In this document: positions 12,001 to 18,094 of the stretch, piece by piece
Layout: every line of letters starts with the position of its first letter
Position numbering within the stretch: position 1 is the stretch's first letter
Source: an uncultured Gammaproteobacteria bacterium
GTDB lineage: Bacteria > Patescibacteriota > Patescibacteriia > SBBC01 > CAIJZX01
NCBI GenBank assembly: GCA_964383765.1
Contig: CAYLHT010000002.1
Span: 62,774-126,773 of the forward strand
Direction: 5' to 3'
DNA: 64,000 nt
Notes under the pieces: model-generated
Told to the model about the DNA's origin: nothing
Seen by the model: only the letters and a program-made list of their open reading frames with translations
Databases searched by the model: none
Program-made: the position numbers and the translations under genes

Positions 12001-13488
12001 ACGCTGAGCGGCACGAGTAAAACCCTGACCGGCGGATCAGCCACGCTCAACAACCTAACCGTTTCCGGAACCATTACGATTCAAACCAGCGGCGTCACCG
12101 TTGGAAGCACCTTATCGGTGACCGGTACCCTAAGCGGCACGCAAAACGTCACGGTTAATGGTACCGCCAGCGGTTCAGGCACAGTCACCTTGACCGGCGG
12201 GACCTTCGAACAACGAGTCGGGGCCGCACAAAACTTCGGTTCAACCTCGGGGAGTAACGATTGGACGTTCAATAATCTGACCTTCTCGAACTCGTCTGGT
12301 TCCGATCGGACCGTAACTTTTGCCTCAACCGGATCAGGACAAGTGATTGTCAGCGGTACCTTGACCATCGGTAACGGGAGCGATTCGAACGTCACGACCG
12401 TGGATAATGAAACGAATGACCGGGTGATTGACGCGAATGGAGCCGTGGCGATCACGGCCAAGGGTTCGTTGACGGCTTCATCCACGGCCAGCTTCACCGT
12501 GGCTGGCAATTGGACCTTAACAAGCGGGGGAGTCTTTACGGCGGGAACCGGTACGGTCACCATCGACGGGGCCAGCCAGCAAACCCTCACCGGCACGATG
12601 ACCGGTTCGAACAAGTTCAATAATCTGACCATCACGAACAATTCTGGATCCGACCCGGATTCGTCACCATCCGTTATCTTCGCAAATGATCTTGCCACCG
12701 GCGCCACCTTGACCGCGGCGACCGCCGGTACCAAGTTGCGCTTCAACGCCGGTAGTACCTACACCCCAACCGCTATCAACCTGAATGGGCAAAGCACAAG
12801 CACGCCCGTCGTCTTACATAGTTCAAACGCCGGCACCACCTTTACATTCAGCGCCGGCACGGGGAGTCGGACAGTTTCGAATACGTTCGAAAAAGATTCC
12901 GACGCGTGCGGGAGCGACGGGGGAAAGATTGACGCTTCGGACGGAACGAATCATGATGAAGGGAACGATAAATGTTGGGTGTTTGGTAAACTGACCGTCA
13001 GTTTGTCGGCCACCAGTGTCAATTTAGGAGCGCTCAGCTCATCCACCAACAGTTTTGCTGGAATTAGTTCAACCGTCTCGACGACTGCTGCGAACGGGTA
13101 TGTCTCGTTTGTCAAATACGGAGCTACCTTGACTTTTGGCTCAAACACGATCGCGGATGTTTCCGGCTCCGGGGCGGATAATCAAACCGCGGGCATGAAC
13201 CCGGTTGTCAACGGCGGCGCCTTCGGCGTCAACACCTCAAAATCAGGCCAGACAATTACCTTGGCTGATTCCGACACTTCGGGATGCTCTACGAATGGCA
13301 CTGCTGCCACGACGAACAACGCGGTCAGTTCTAAAGCCTTGACCACCAGCTTCCAACAGTATGCCTCGAACTCGAGCGCCACTAACAATGATCCATCTAC
13401 CTTGTGTTTTATCTCGACCGTGGGCGTCTTGAACGTACCGGGTACCTACACTAGCACTGCCACGCTAGTCACGACTGCCAAATTCTGA
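1..13488 (+). CDS. Giant secreted repeat surface protein / adhesin-like, more than 4487 aa. 5' end lies outside the window. The frame is open from nt 1, and the tracked ORF starts at TTG 25.
   Basis: Single uninterrupted ORF. Composition is extremely T/G/S/N-rich with recurring GTGTWTVSGNFDLTN and LTGGSATLxNLT units typical of beta-helix or Ig-like adhesin repeats. The N-terminal ~360-aa domain motif LGPLxIGxFQxAxQWQ recurs at aa ~1 and ~365. Many overlapping antisense ORFs are spurious. Confidence 0.8.
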   Translation, partial: DAPDISPALFTLGPLQIGGNSFQGAQWQEPREWQLASDAILTVGDADFTADQTDVIEPLKASYRRDETVDVKIYKSGYRFKGDKVKNGVGKNRPAAVTKISLVRLATGEVENFTTTTNDIVRNGRGLELFHLAPPSRDFHPGQYILQLTLSDGATTSVESRPFAWGVLAVNLRRSIERPNTATQIGLAVLNKYGHTECAVPITLVVTDPDGQSKTLTTKDGSIVRSDTCANGNITNDFDFAAPYTTGGVGTYSLHVSSNTGEGDFSIDDTFEVQNQVDFDVQRTKFSMRIYPYGDPYDQQFTIVANKDYQGPVTERVPLSFDITAISDNGNVVVSADHQDVTWTVDWKAGETHTLGYTVDFPDVSPEFYQLGPLTIGDFQEARQWQIASDATCTIASGTGLNWSTAGWSGCTGGGYPGQNASGDSVQINTGVTITLNVSPANTVANVTIGTSTFNTITTLTFGAGNTLHATGTTTIGATNETANYTIDVAGGTYTADGAITINGGSSSSRLGKLNVGNGAQAAGTITAGGGVTCAGTAADAQIAMTAPSSGTNLFNVTSGAFGSGGAVECTLNASASGNVKMSGSATQTMVNSANYPAVEIATTSSATAQNATTAAAFTFASLTIDSGGKFTKVGATSANMTVTGTSSITGTFTTATAATGTLTFTGAVTVSDPGVLDLSGQNPTVTFTNATLTNNSNTAGSFKTGTGTLTLAASPTFAGSGTGGINLQQATVTIASGSVFTNSITNGTLTFSGSTGLTFSNPTVANTLSLTTGSTTSVTNTMLFTANSSGTVKTMVQMNGNANITVGTLTLQAPSGAGNTNVSEQVTCNAGSGTFTATTVNVTGNSTSTGDAELDMQGCTFTANGLVTLTGGTNATGVALLKGSNGTMNINAGLSEVAGGTITNAKLTTSSTETINFVGTWTGAGTLSLNSGTLTKFTGASTALNAAFGTSTWAKWEVVSGTTTLGATQTITGLQVDAGATLAGATFLLTDKCSGADTSGFRIDGTFSGTSGGAALDTASCVIDGRTSGGGAASIAFTTGTVTVSATMSIGSNANLSVSSTTSFAISGAVTLTNNGTVTTTGTSGITGSVAGSTWTQGTNAVLHFGGNTTTLMSGATLDANTNSGNTVDYSQNGAQTCKVTNYQTLKFSGGGTKTCTITAGTNTIQDLKMTAGSWSPGQNVTVANTLTVEGGTLTTGNFNLTITGTTSITSGTLQLDGTGTKTLQGLVTLNGTGNLTGASAGIVLGSGATAGGITNTSGTVTITGTVTMSTNNGALVSTTAMSITTLTANTASAFTHSGAGGLTVSGTLTVTSPAVLTNTGLVTSTGTLAGTGNFTNGNGGTLHLAATPTITTLSASTNANTVDFNGDAGITIPLVTYWNLTMTPTFNATDRTYTMGTGTTTISNNFTINPTDSTGSGNTLTVTMAGAINVTGLTTIDGSGTVNGVGKLDAVGSNNLTTGTLDIESFGTFLAQTSTVTLNTSTASSTLFTLASSNATFTAGTSTLKMSSDAAETLTSGTFTSGNAFSTLQLVPAITANRTYTFGTGAIAATTFTIQPTNTANTLTVNMAGNITTTGLTTIDGTTATGKLDTVADTNSLTSGTLTVGAKGNLTMTGTAPVLTLNTSTGSSTLFTLTSGGVFSAGTSTVTIQSDGATENLTGGTGSFTSSNAFNTLTLSPTMTSGRAYSFGSNAVTINSGFNVTPAAGSALALTVNLGSGGLTVSGTTTIAPTSSATANLTTTASNYALTTNALTISNAGTFTGNATTTVTVTTDVTINAGGTLSSTSGNLSVGGNFTVNSTGAYTHNSGLLTMTNTVAKSMNGTSTTTLSLYKLTVNVSGTSAVTLNGSYDVTVNNALNVGDSDSLTIATGRTMTAANTITMNTSGTIASSGTGLFVIKDTSTSGPVGGTLSASVRFDASAANIPSTIFIARTYGGAVELYNSSGAHSITAAAGAYTFSSTLTTTESGGTSLSATLSAATGSPAVAVTGTVTIGVNTTLTAPASAIMTAGGAWSNSGTFTSNSGTVKFIGTSSYTVDVGGGSNTFNNVIFDGIGGAWRPNANNFRIDGDFTLTNGTIQGNGGNWIIVKGNIACGATCGSIDMTLNSGTGVFEHLLTSGSKNFGTSVSGDTTNWKFYDLMFDGNATATTSTTPTSPGTITITHQMTIAIAGTTLDAGNRTWILSGTGTGASAPLINAGTLTGNASTFKYTGADATTDIKGTTYYNLTLAPTITTATAYNANGAITATGALSINPTSSGANALTFTLGGTTSFTGLTTITRTTSATSELNTSAASHYNFTTGGLTINAGGTFTGNTSTTVTVNGDITIASSGTLTSTSGNVTTSGTFSNSGVFTHNSGTLTMTGSGKTLTSGGSTLNNVTLSGSITLANATHTIAGNLSLTGGTITAGTSLIDMTGTTKTIDGGSQTLYDLTIDGTTTLQTAAMSVSHVLTISGTKQLTINQDLTLTSNAGTPFVLSGTLAGSNSLYYQKGDTSSASFPTSGTITANIVFDTINGNGGDSFSLIPNRTASAPFGGNVTCYDNPSGVTPICKFLTGTPTISGNLLVADNGNGASLDASSNHPDITISGNVSATGTGGSLSMGSGTWTVGGNFDLTNFASFANNSGTIVLNGNSKTLTTNGQTLFNLTFSGGGTDTLSGTVTAAGNVVLNTSVAAGSLTMTGTKNLTGGTATLDNLTVSGSPVTLQTSNLTVGTLLTVSSSKSLTINSGIVLTLSKTSGTSLTMTSATINGPGKLIYQSTSTFPSDGTLASIPIVRFDLVNVAANGSMVIPQRSDYGAVEVYNNSASNKTLKTNSNTTYTLNGITANLYIYADGGGNTTFDATGAGTVNSPMTVPGNLDFLGTGAGSEIITSGTGTWTVTGTVDFSAAGGGAGTYTATSGNTFVMNGLTKTLTSNGNAFSNLTFSGSGTTTMADSISASGDVVLNGSIGGGSLTMSGVGKNLTGGSATLANLTISNSSGTITLTASNLTVNTVLTINSGANLTLGSGRTLTLSRNNVSASFSLSGTLTGTGTLIYQNFLADNGGTYFPTTGTLAASPNAPTIRFDTANGTLHVPARTDYGTIEAYKNGIANVSVVLGTAASQSLSLSGNLDIQNANATNTLTLDGNTNTPVTMTITGNVTNSVGTGNTTFTMGAGTWTVSGNFDLTNIDSFSNNSGTLALNGSSAKALTSNGQTVFNLTISGAGATTLSDAAIAAGDVILNSTVSAGSLTMNGAGKNLTGGSATLANLTISNGSGTITLTGSDLTVSTVLAISANANLTLASGRVLTLSRNNASASFTLPTNATLTGPGTLVYQNFTADNGGTYFPTTGTLASNPIIRFDTLNGNLHVPARTDYGSIEAYGDAGISAARTVTLGTASSQTITTSGYLDVIANSNTGGRNVTLNGSTNDPTLNVGGDFAFTGTGSTSEAVTAPDASATWTVTGNFDLTNGTWTAGAETLKMNGTANLKAAGQTIKNVTIDGTNSTVTVTGSDLTVSGTLTIGGDAAANTDVLSIGSGRQVLSGTAGAVTLTDATDTISGSGTLNVENSNLSDQGTLSANVTYTIVSSDINATARTYGANLTFDNTNGGGSVFLSTGTFAVTGNMSYVCSFNCDAVFLDGGDFNPFVTIGGSFSVTDPGNASSMSMGNQTWTVSGSFNLTGLGSLSATGTLLMNGTGTLTSNSLSLNNVTLDTSGGGTITLANAAQSIAGNLVLTSGGTLTDAGTSTEVDMTGTNKTITGAGKTLRNLTIAGTITLQTTDLTVSTLLTVNTSKSLTINSSRTLTLSGNSGTTLSLSGTINGPGTLTYQNSATAFPAGGALASILIARFDLVNVSSGGSMVIPQRADYGAVEAYNNSSNNKTLKTNSNSTYTLTGSTANLYIYADGTGNTTFDATGATTVNSPMTIGGNLDFRGTGSGSEAITSGTGTWTVSGSVDFSAAGGGSGTYTATSGNTLVMNGTSKTLTTNANSLDNVTFSGSTTTTLADSVTATGNVVLNNTISAGSTTMTLSGTSKTLTGGSATLNNLTVSGTITIQTSGVTVGSTLSVTGTLSGTQNVTVNGTASGSGTVTLTGGTFEQRVGAAQNFGSTSGSNDWTFNNLTFSNSSGSDRTVTFASTGSGQVIVSGTLTIGNGSDSNVTTVDNETNDRVIDANGAVAITAKGSLTASSTASFTVAGNWTLTSGGVFTAGTGTVTIDGASQQTLTGTMTGSNKFNNLTITNNSGSDPDSSPSVIFANDLATGATLTAATAGTKLRFNAGSTYTPTAINLNGQSTSTPVVLHSSNAGTTFTFSAGTGSRTVSNTFEKDSDACGSDGGKIDASDGTNHDEGNDKCWVFGKLTVSLSATSVNLGALSSSTNSFAGISSTVSTTAANGYVSFVKYGATLTFGSNTIADVSGSGADNQTAGMNPVVNGGAFGVNTSKSGQTITLADSDTSGCSTNGTAATTNNAVSSKALTTSFQQYASNSSATNNDPSTLCFISTVGVLNVPGTYTSTATLVTTAKF
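7780..12100 (+). repeat. Intragenic tandem array of about five ~0.83-kb (~275-aa) repeat units, with near-identical blocks ~3.15 kb apart (8300-8720 vs 11450-11870; 8880-9250 vs 9705-10080).
   Basis: Peptide stretches recur with few substitutions, for example PQRSDYGAVEVYNNSASNKTLKTNSNTTYTL...GTGTWTVTGTVDFSAAGGG and LTGGSATLANLTISNSSGTITLT...TDYGTIEAY. The same periodicity is visible at nucleotide level. Confidence 0.7.
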
Positions 13489-13495
13489 TCGGGCT

Positions 13496-13524
13496 TTGAC
13501 CTTTTTTCAAAAACATGCTATACT
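13496..13524 (+). promoter_or_regulatory. Sigma70-like promoter candidate TTGACC-17 bp-TATACT upstream of the 13585 gene.
   Basis: TTGACC at 13496-13501, a 17-nt spacer, and TATACT at 13519-13524. The TATACT hexamer recurs upstream of several genes in the window. Confidence 0.5.
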
Positions 13525-13584
13525 GTGAATAAGTTTCAACATAAACAAAAAGAAAAAAGTTTTTTTATGGCTAATCTTAGCGTC

Positions 13585-14643
13585 ATGACCAAACACCAAC
13601 GGTTTGTACTCGCCCGTATCGTGGCTGGACTCAGTGCAGCGGCATTGTTGTTTTCGTTGAGCCCACAAGTCACGTTTGCGACTGGGGTTCTGACCACACC
13701 GCGTATTTATCTTGGCCGTGAGCAAGCCGGGTTAACGACCGGTGAATCGTTCCAGATTTTCTTCACCCCAGCCACCGCCGTCAGCGGGGGGGCCGGCAAC
13801 AATAAAGTTATCCTCGTCTTCACCGGTGCAAACGGGACCTGGTGTAATACCGTCGGAACTGGCGATTTAGTCGTCACCGGTATCGCTAACCCAACCGGTG
13901 CGACGGAAAGCGCCACGAGTTTACCCGGCGCCTCACTTACCGGAGCGTGTACGAAGAACCCTGACACCTTTACTCTCAGCGGGGTCAACAACCTGAGCGG
14001 CGGCGGAGCAACCAAGTATGGGGTCCAGGTTGTCGAAGCCAGCTCAACCAAGATCGGAAGCGCATCAGCGGCGAACGATATTCAAGTCACGATCAAGACG
14101 AACAACGGGTCAGCTGACGTCGACACCGGTACGCTTGCCCTATCGACAATTACTAGCGATCAAGTTGCCGTTACAGCTACGGTCAACCCCTCACTGACGG
14201 TCACCTTAAGTCCGACGTCGGCCGCCCTCGGAACTCTGGACCTAACCCATGTCAACCAAGCCGGCGTGACCAGTACTGTCACCACCAATGCCTCCAGCGG
14301 GTATAACTCATCGGTCAAATATGACGCCACCCTCACGTCCGGCTCGGATACCATCGGCGACGCTTCGGGTGGAACGATTGTGGCCGGTACCGATTCTGAA
14401 TTTGGCGCGTCCTCATCACAATCTGGAAATACTATTGCCCAGTGGAATCCGACGAGTTGTTCAACCACAACCACAACCTCGAACGCGACGGCCTTATCGA
14501 CCTCCTTCAAGACTTTTGCCTCGGGGACCGGTCCGGTGAACGCCGAAGGGACAACACTGTGTTTCTTAGCCGGAATTAATGTCAGCACTAAAGCAGGCAG
14601 CTATACCAGCACGGCGACGGTCGTCGCCACGGCTAAATTTTAG
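13585..14643 (+). CDS. Secreted surface protein (~352 aa). Its C-terminal ~150 aa is homologous to the C-terminus of the giant protein, and its N-terminal domain is homologous to the N-terminus of the 15653 protein.
   Basis: Signal peptide MTKHQRFVLARIVAGLSAAALLFSLSPQVTFA (alternative ATG at 13567). The C-terminus SLTVTLSPTS...AGSYTSTATVVATAKF parallels the giant protein SLSATSV...PGTYTSTATLVTTAKF. Confidence 0.7.
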   Translation: MTKHQRFVLARIVAGLSAAALLFSLSPQVTFATGVLTTPRIYLGREQAGLTTGESFQIFFTPATAVSGGAGNNKVILVFTGANGTWCNTVGTGDLVVTGIANPTGATESATSLPGASLTGACTKNPDTFTLSGVNNLSGGGATKYGVQVVEASSTKIGSASAANDIQVTIKTNNGSADVDTGTLALSTITSDQVAVTATVNPSLTVTLSPTSAALGTLDLTHVNQAGVTSTVTTNASSGYNSSVKYDATLTSGSDTIGDASGGTIVAGTDSEFGASSSQSGNTIAQWNPTSCSTTTTTSNATALSTSFKTFASGTGPVNAEGTTLCFLAGINVSTKAGSYTSTATVVATAKF

Positions 14644-14652
14644 ACCAAGTCC

Positions 14653-15645
14653 ATGTCACGGAGGATTGCCTGGCCCATCTCGGTACTGGCGGTTGTGTCC
14701 CTGGCGGTTGCTTTTAGCAAGCCGGCCCGAGCCTTAACCCTGGTCCCGCCGAGTCTTGAATTTTCTGTTCAAAAAGGCGAAACCGTAAAAACTGAGATTA
14801 AGCTCTACAATGAGACGAGTCAGCCTCAGACCCTCTTCCCGTCGACGGCCAATTTTACCGCCGGGGATGAAGACGGAACACCGAATTTTGATCCTGATTC
14901 AAAGCAGGTTGACCTAGCCAGCTGGATCAAAGTCGACAAAGCATCATACACGCTCGACAGTAATCAACAGGTGACCGTGGCAGTCACGATCGCGGTTCCG
15001 GCCAACGCCGATCCCGGCGGGCACTACGCCGCCCTGTTCTTTGGCAATGCACCGGCGGCGACCACCGGTTCAGGCGTGGCAGTCCAATCCAAAATCGGCA
15101 CCTTGGTCATCTTGCGCGTTGAAGGTCAAATTAACGAATCGGCCTCCGTCACGAGCTTTGTGATCAAAGGTCAGAAGAAAACTCTGACTCGGCCGCCGGT
15201 CTCGCTCGAAGCCGTCATCCAAAACCAGGGTAACGTTCACGTCCGACCCGAAGGCACCATCACGATTCACAATATGATTGGCGGGCAAACAACCAGCCTG
15301 GTCTTCAATAGTGCTCGGGGAGCAATTCTACCGAATTCGTCCCGGCGCTTTGACGTTACCTGGCAAAAGGGCACTATTGATGAAACCCCGGGCAGCTTCT
15401 TCCATGAAGTCGCGGCCGAATGGCACAATTTCGCCCTCGGGACGTACACGGCCTCATTGGCGGTGACCTACGGAACGAATCAGCAAGCCTTATCGAGTGA
15501 TGTCCGCTTCACGATTTTCCCCTGGCAACTCCTACTGGTCTTGCTGATTATCATCGTGGCGGTCGTGATCTTGCTGACTCTCGGGATTCGCAATTACAAC
15601 GCCATGATCATCAAGCGGGCCGAACGGGGTCCGGGCAAAGGCTAA
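14653..15645 (+). CDS. Signal-peptide protein with beta-sandwich-like domains and a C-terminal TM anchor (330 aa). The architecture resembles DUF916/DUF3324 (CscA-like) or PapD-like surface-assembly proteins.
   Basis: N-terminal signal AVVSLAVAFSKPARA. C-terminal hydrophobic stretch WQLLLVLLIIIVAVVILLTLGI followed by a basic tail. A beta-strand-rich sequence lies between them. Confidence 0.7.
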   Translation: MSRRIAWPISVLAVVSLAVAFSKPARALTLVPPSLEFSVQKGETVKTEIKLYNETSQPQTLFPSTANFTAGDEDGTPNFDPDSKQVDLASWIKVDKASYTLDSNQQVTVAVTIAVPANADPGGHYAALFFGNAPAATTGSGVAVQSKIGTLVILRVEGQINESASVTSFVIKGQKKTLTRPPVSLEAVIQNQGNVHVRPEGTITIHNMIGGQTTSLVFNSARGAILPNSSRRFDVTWQKGTIDETPGSFFHEVAAEWHNFALGTYTASLAVTYGTNQQALSSDVRFTIFPWQLLLVLLIIIVAVVILLTLGIRNYNAMIIKRAERGPGKG

Positions 15646-15652
15646 ATTTTCC

Positions 15653-16966
15653 ATGGTCGGACGGTCACGAGTCGCGTGGTCGCTCGTGGTTACCGCCGCC
15701 ATGTTGGTGTTGGCTCGACCGGCCATGGCAGGCAGTTTGAACCACCTGCGGGATTACGTTAGTCGTCAACAAGCCAATCTGACCAGCGGTGAACGACACC
15801 AAGTGTTTTTTAGTCCGATCACCTCCTTGCCCGGCAGTAGTAATACGGTGGTCTATCAGTTTCCTGATGCCGATGACGGATCGTGGTGTCGGGGCGCGGG
15901 CAGCGATCTGGTCGTAGTCGGAATCACCGATCCGGAAGGGGCAACTGAGGGTGCGACTGCCTTGCCCGGAACGTTGACCGGCGCCTGCACGATCGGGAGT
16001 GGGACGGGGAGTTTCGATACCATTACGATTACTGGCGTAGGGCCGCTGACCGCCGGAACTGTGTATGGGTGGTCAGCCAGTGATGGCTCAAGTGCCAAGC
16101 TCGGCACGCCGCCCCCTGCCCAAGGGATCATGGTCACACTCAGTACCACCAATGGCGTCTCCACCGTGGACACAGAAACCTTTTTTATCTCGGTCACCAC
16201 CAATGATCAAGTGCTAGTGACTGCGACGGTTGCCAATACCACGCCTCCATCACCCACCAATCCGGTGATAACCTTCTCTGGATTCAGCGCGCCAGATGCT
16301 CGCGTGACCATTAGCCGGGATGATCAAGCGCTGCAAACGAGTTCCGCCGACAGCCAAGCGAACTTTTCCATCACCTTGTCCGACCAGCCGACGGGCAGTC
16401 ATGTGTATGTGGTCAGTGGGCGTGATGCTGACGGCCATACCCTCGCCAGCGTGACCTTCGCCCTGAGTTTACAACTCAGCACAACGACACTTGTCAACGG
16501 TGTCTTTCTCGGGCCCTCAATCGGCATTGATCATGCTTCGGTTTTGCTCGGTTCACCGGTCACCATTTTTGGTACGACTGTGCCGTCGAGTGCGGTGACG
16601 TTGACGGTCAATTCAGTGTCGGCCAAGTCGGTGACTGTCACGGCTGGCAGCACCGGAGCCTGGTCAGCCGTCATTCAAACCAGCGACTTGAGCGTTGGAA
16701 CGCATACCGCCAAGGCCCGGAGCGTGTCGGCCGGAACAGTTTCCAGCTTTAGCCAGATCATTAGTTTTAGCGTGGGCAGCAATCCCGCCTTTGGCAAACT
16801 CCCATCTGACATTAATGTCGATGGCCACGTCAATATTGTCGATTTTAGTATCATGTTGTTCTACTGGTTACAGCGCGCGCCAGCCAATGTTCGCGTCGAT
16901 ATTAATGGCGACGGGATCGTGAACCTGATTGACTTTAGTATTCTCTTGTACCAATGGACCGACTAA
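15653..16966 (+). CDS. Secreted dockerin-containing protein (437 aa). It has an N-terminal domain paralogous to 13585, Ig-like middle domains and a C-terminal type-I-like dockerin.
   Basis: The C-terminus carries two calcium-binding loop plus helix segments, DINVDGHVNIVDFSIMLFYWL and DINGDGIVNLIDFSILLYQW, matching the dockerin D-x-N-x-D-G-x-x-N-x-x-D pattern. The N-terminus FFSPITSLPG...WCRGAGSDLVVVGITDPEGATEGATALPGTLTGACT aligns with 13585 FFTPATAVSG...WCNTVGTGDLVVTGIANPTGATESATSLPGASLTGACT. Confidence 0.75.
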   Translation: MVGRSRVAWSLVVTAAMLVLARPAMAGSLNHLRDYVSRQQANLTSGERHQVFFSPITSLPGSSNTVVYQFPDADDGSWCRGAGSDLVVVGITDPEGATEGATALPGTLTGACTIGSGTGSFDTITITGVGPLTAGTVYGWSASDGSSAKLGTPPPAQGIMVTLSTTNGVSTVDTETFFISVTTNDQVLVTATVANTTPPSPTNPVITFSGFSAPDARVTISRDDQALQTSSADSQANFSITLSDQPTGSHVYVVSGRDADGHTLASVTFALSLQLSTTTLVNGVFLGPSIGIDHASVLLGSPVTIFGTTVPSSAVTLTVNSVSAKSVTVTAGSTGAWSAVIQTSDLSVGTHTAKARSVSAGTVSSFSQIISFSVGSNPAFGKLPSDINVDGHVNIVDFSIMLFYWLQRAPANVRVDINGDGIVNLIDFSILLYQWTD

Positions 16967-18078
16967 AACTGCTTGCCATCGGAGTGGTTATCGGTGGGTT
17001 GGCAATCTGGACCCGACCGGCTATGGCGGCGACCCCGACAACCCGCCTGGTTGGACCAACCGGCATTATTCGGAGCGGTGATACGATTGCGGTGGAGGTC
17101 AGGATTGATAGCGCTGGACGACTGGTGAACACGATTGACCTCCACGTGGCCTATAGTCCGACCTATCTGCAGATTATCCGGGTGGAACGCCAAGATCGTA
17201 TCTGGACGCTGTGGCCGAATAGTCCCAGTTGGGATAACCACACCGGGCAACTCGAACTGAGCGCCGGTCGTCCGCATGGGTTAGTGGCGATTGACGCCAG
17301 CGTCGCGACCGTTTTGTTTCGAGTCATGGCCGCCGGCTTGACGTCTGTGATTATCTCCCAACCCGCTTCAGCCGTGTACTTGAATGATGGGTTGGGAACC
17401 CGAGTCGGCGCGACCGGCGCCCATCTAGATGTCCCGATTGGAGATAGTCTCGTGCCGGTCATTCAACTTGATCCCGCAACTACCCCAGTCCCGGATGCCT
17501 GGTCTGCCAACGATCGGGTCAAGATTGTTTGGCCGGTTGAATCAGGCACGGTCTATAGTTATCGCTGGTCGAATGTGGTTGAAGATCAACCGGACGATAC
17601 TCCGGAAACCAATCCCGGTACCTTTGTTCAAGACCAGGTGGATGATGGCGTCTATTTCTTTACCATCAAAAGCAAGCTCGGGGATGGGTTATGGTCGCGG
17701 GTCAGTCAATTTCGCTTTCTGATTGACCGCCAACCACCGGCCGCGTTCGAGATCTTCGCTCTCCCGGCCTATCAAACCGGCGGCCAAGCCACGATTAGCT
17801 GGTCAACCACAGACCAGACGTCTGGAGTGGCAGAGTATCGTGTATTGATCAATGGCCATGATCGGGGTTCGGTCACCAGCCCGTTGGTGCTCGATCCCGA
17901 ATGGTCGGGCACGCGGCTAACCATTCGGGCGCTGGATGGCGCCGGTAACGAACGTCTGGCTGAGTTCAAGGTACCCGGGATTCGTCAATCCTGGGCGGGC
18001 GCGATTGCCGCTGGGGCGAGCCTCGCGATCGGCATCAGCGCGTGGGCGATCAGGCGAAAATCTCGCCGGGCAGTGTGA
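16954..18078 (+). CDS. Membrane-anchored cohesin-like domain protein 1 (374 aa): signal peptide, cohesin-like beta-sandwich, Fn3-like domain, C-terminal TM.
   Basis: The N-terminal region TIAVEVRIDSAGRLVNTIDLHVAYSPTYLQII...ATVLFRVMAAGLTSVIISQPASAVYLNDG fits the cohesin pattern (x-I-x-V-x-I, a named interface loop, FxV at the end). C-terminal TM AGAIAAGASLAIGISAWAI followed by RRKSRRAV. Confidence 0.7.
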   Translation: MDRLKLLAIGVVIGGLAIWTRPAMAATPTTRLVGPTGIIRSGDTIAVEVRIDSAGRLVNTIDLHVAYSPTYLQIIRVERQDRIWTLWPNSPSWDNHTGQLELSAGRPHGLVAIDASVATVLFRVMAAGLTSVIISQPASAVYLNDGLGTRVGATGAHLDVPIGDSLVPVIQLDPATTPVPDAWSANDRVKIVWPVESGTVYSYRWSNVVEDQPDDTPETNPGTFVQDQVDDGVYFFTIKSKLGDGLWSRVSQFRFLIDRQPPAAFEIFALPAYQTGGQATISWSTTDQTSGVAEYRVLINGHDRGSVTSPLVLDPEWSGTRLTIRALDGAGNERLAEFKVPGIRQSWAGAIAAGASLAIGISAWAIRRKSRRAV

Positions 18079-18094
18079 TATACTCAAGGTGAGT

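Noticed and set aside
1785-12746. Dozens of long antisense or alternate-frame ORFs (for example 1785-3383 -, 3498-4121 -, 9291-9998 -, 12081-12746 -) inside the giant gene
   Set aside because: They come from low-complexity, codon-biased repeat DNA. Val/Pro-rich translations have no start context, and all are nested in a clearly coding + strand gene.
17936-18094. 5' extension of the cohesin-2 ORF
   Set aside because: It overlaps the preceding gene in another frame. A signal-peptide start with RBS is found at 18095.
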